Source: Chitinophagaceae bacterium (GTDB lineage: Bacteria; Bacteroidota; Bacteroidia; Chitinophagales; Chitinophagaceae). Taken from it: a stretch of 64,000 nucleotides of DNA. Every line of letters begins with the position of its first letter. Within the stretch, counting starts at the first letter, position 1. Shown here one piece after another: positions 63,961-64,000 of this stretch. Made by a program: the position numbers and the translations under genes. A model generated the notes under the pieces. That model saw nothing but the letters and a program-made list of their open reading frames with translations. It was not told the origin of the DNA and made no database searches. Location: the NCBI GenBank assembly GCA_947455605.1, contig CANGOX010000008.1, positions 112 to 64,111 on the forward strand. The letters are read 5' to 3'.

Positions 63961-64000
63961 GGGGGGAATTAAAAATTAATAATTAGCAATTAAAAATTAC
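63961..64000. repeat. AT-only stutter run (AATTAAAAATTAATAATTAG family), cut by the window end
   Basis: ggggggaattaaaaattaataattagcaattaaaaattac, nearly the same words as 46207-46247. Confidence 0.6.

Noticed and set aside
1-64000. I looked for a genomic island, prophage, integrative element, defence system or toxin-antitoxin pair.
   Set aside because: I recognised no integrase, transposase, recombinase, phage structural, restriction-modification, Cas, or nuclease/NTPase defence-type genes. Gene content is core metabolism, respiration and envelope throughout, with no obvious compositional break by eye. The tRNA-like element has no flanking direct repeat or integrase to support an att site.

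Overview
This is a 64-kb chromosomal segment that reads as Bacteroidota, probably Chitinophagaceae/Sphingobacteriia-like. That assignment is inference from gene content: an alternative complex III plus aa3 oxidase supercluster, GH97/GH2, DUF4270 and DUF4907 genes, TAnnTTTG-type -7 boxes, and short or absent leaders without Shine-Dalgarno sites. I call about 57 protein genes, nearly all housekeeping, respiration, lipid or envelope functions. They include obg, typA, fabH, rnhB, tsaC, trmB, purN and korB, and the 17-kb block actABCDEF-coxII-coxI-ctaB-coxIII(x2)-coxIV-sco-DUF420. I saw no rRNA, no canonical tRNA, no CRISPR array, and no integrase, transposase or phage genes. There is no recognisable defence or toxin island.

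The most unusual signal lies between the genes. Almost every intergenic gap carries a hairpin whose arms are imperfect tandem runs of a 6-8-nt word. These words form about 8 recurring families, which I call 'stutter palindromes'. Some sit inside the respiratory operon. One appears to have erased a stop/start junction, leaving a small membrane protein fused in frame to PurN. One locus carries a 20-unit 7-nt tandem array.

Second-tier items:
- An unassigned tRNA-like RNA with a 100-nt insert and its own strong terminator (38664-38874).
- A patatin phospholipase fused to a polytopic membrane domain, sitting in a lipid-gene neighbourhood.
- A Kelch lipoprotein/DUF4907 pair with an adjacent pseudo-receiver LytTR regulator.
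- An orphan korB.
- An Ala-type alkyltransferase-like protein.
- Several unannotated micro-ORFs.

All motif coordinates were counted by hand and may be off by 1-2 nt. Family names are from memory of motifs, not from searches.
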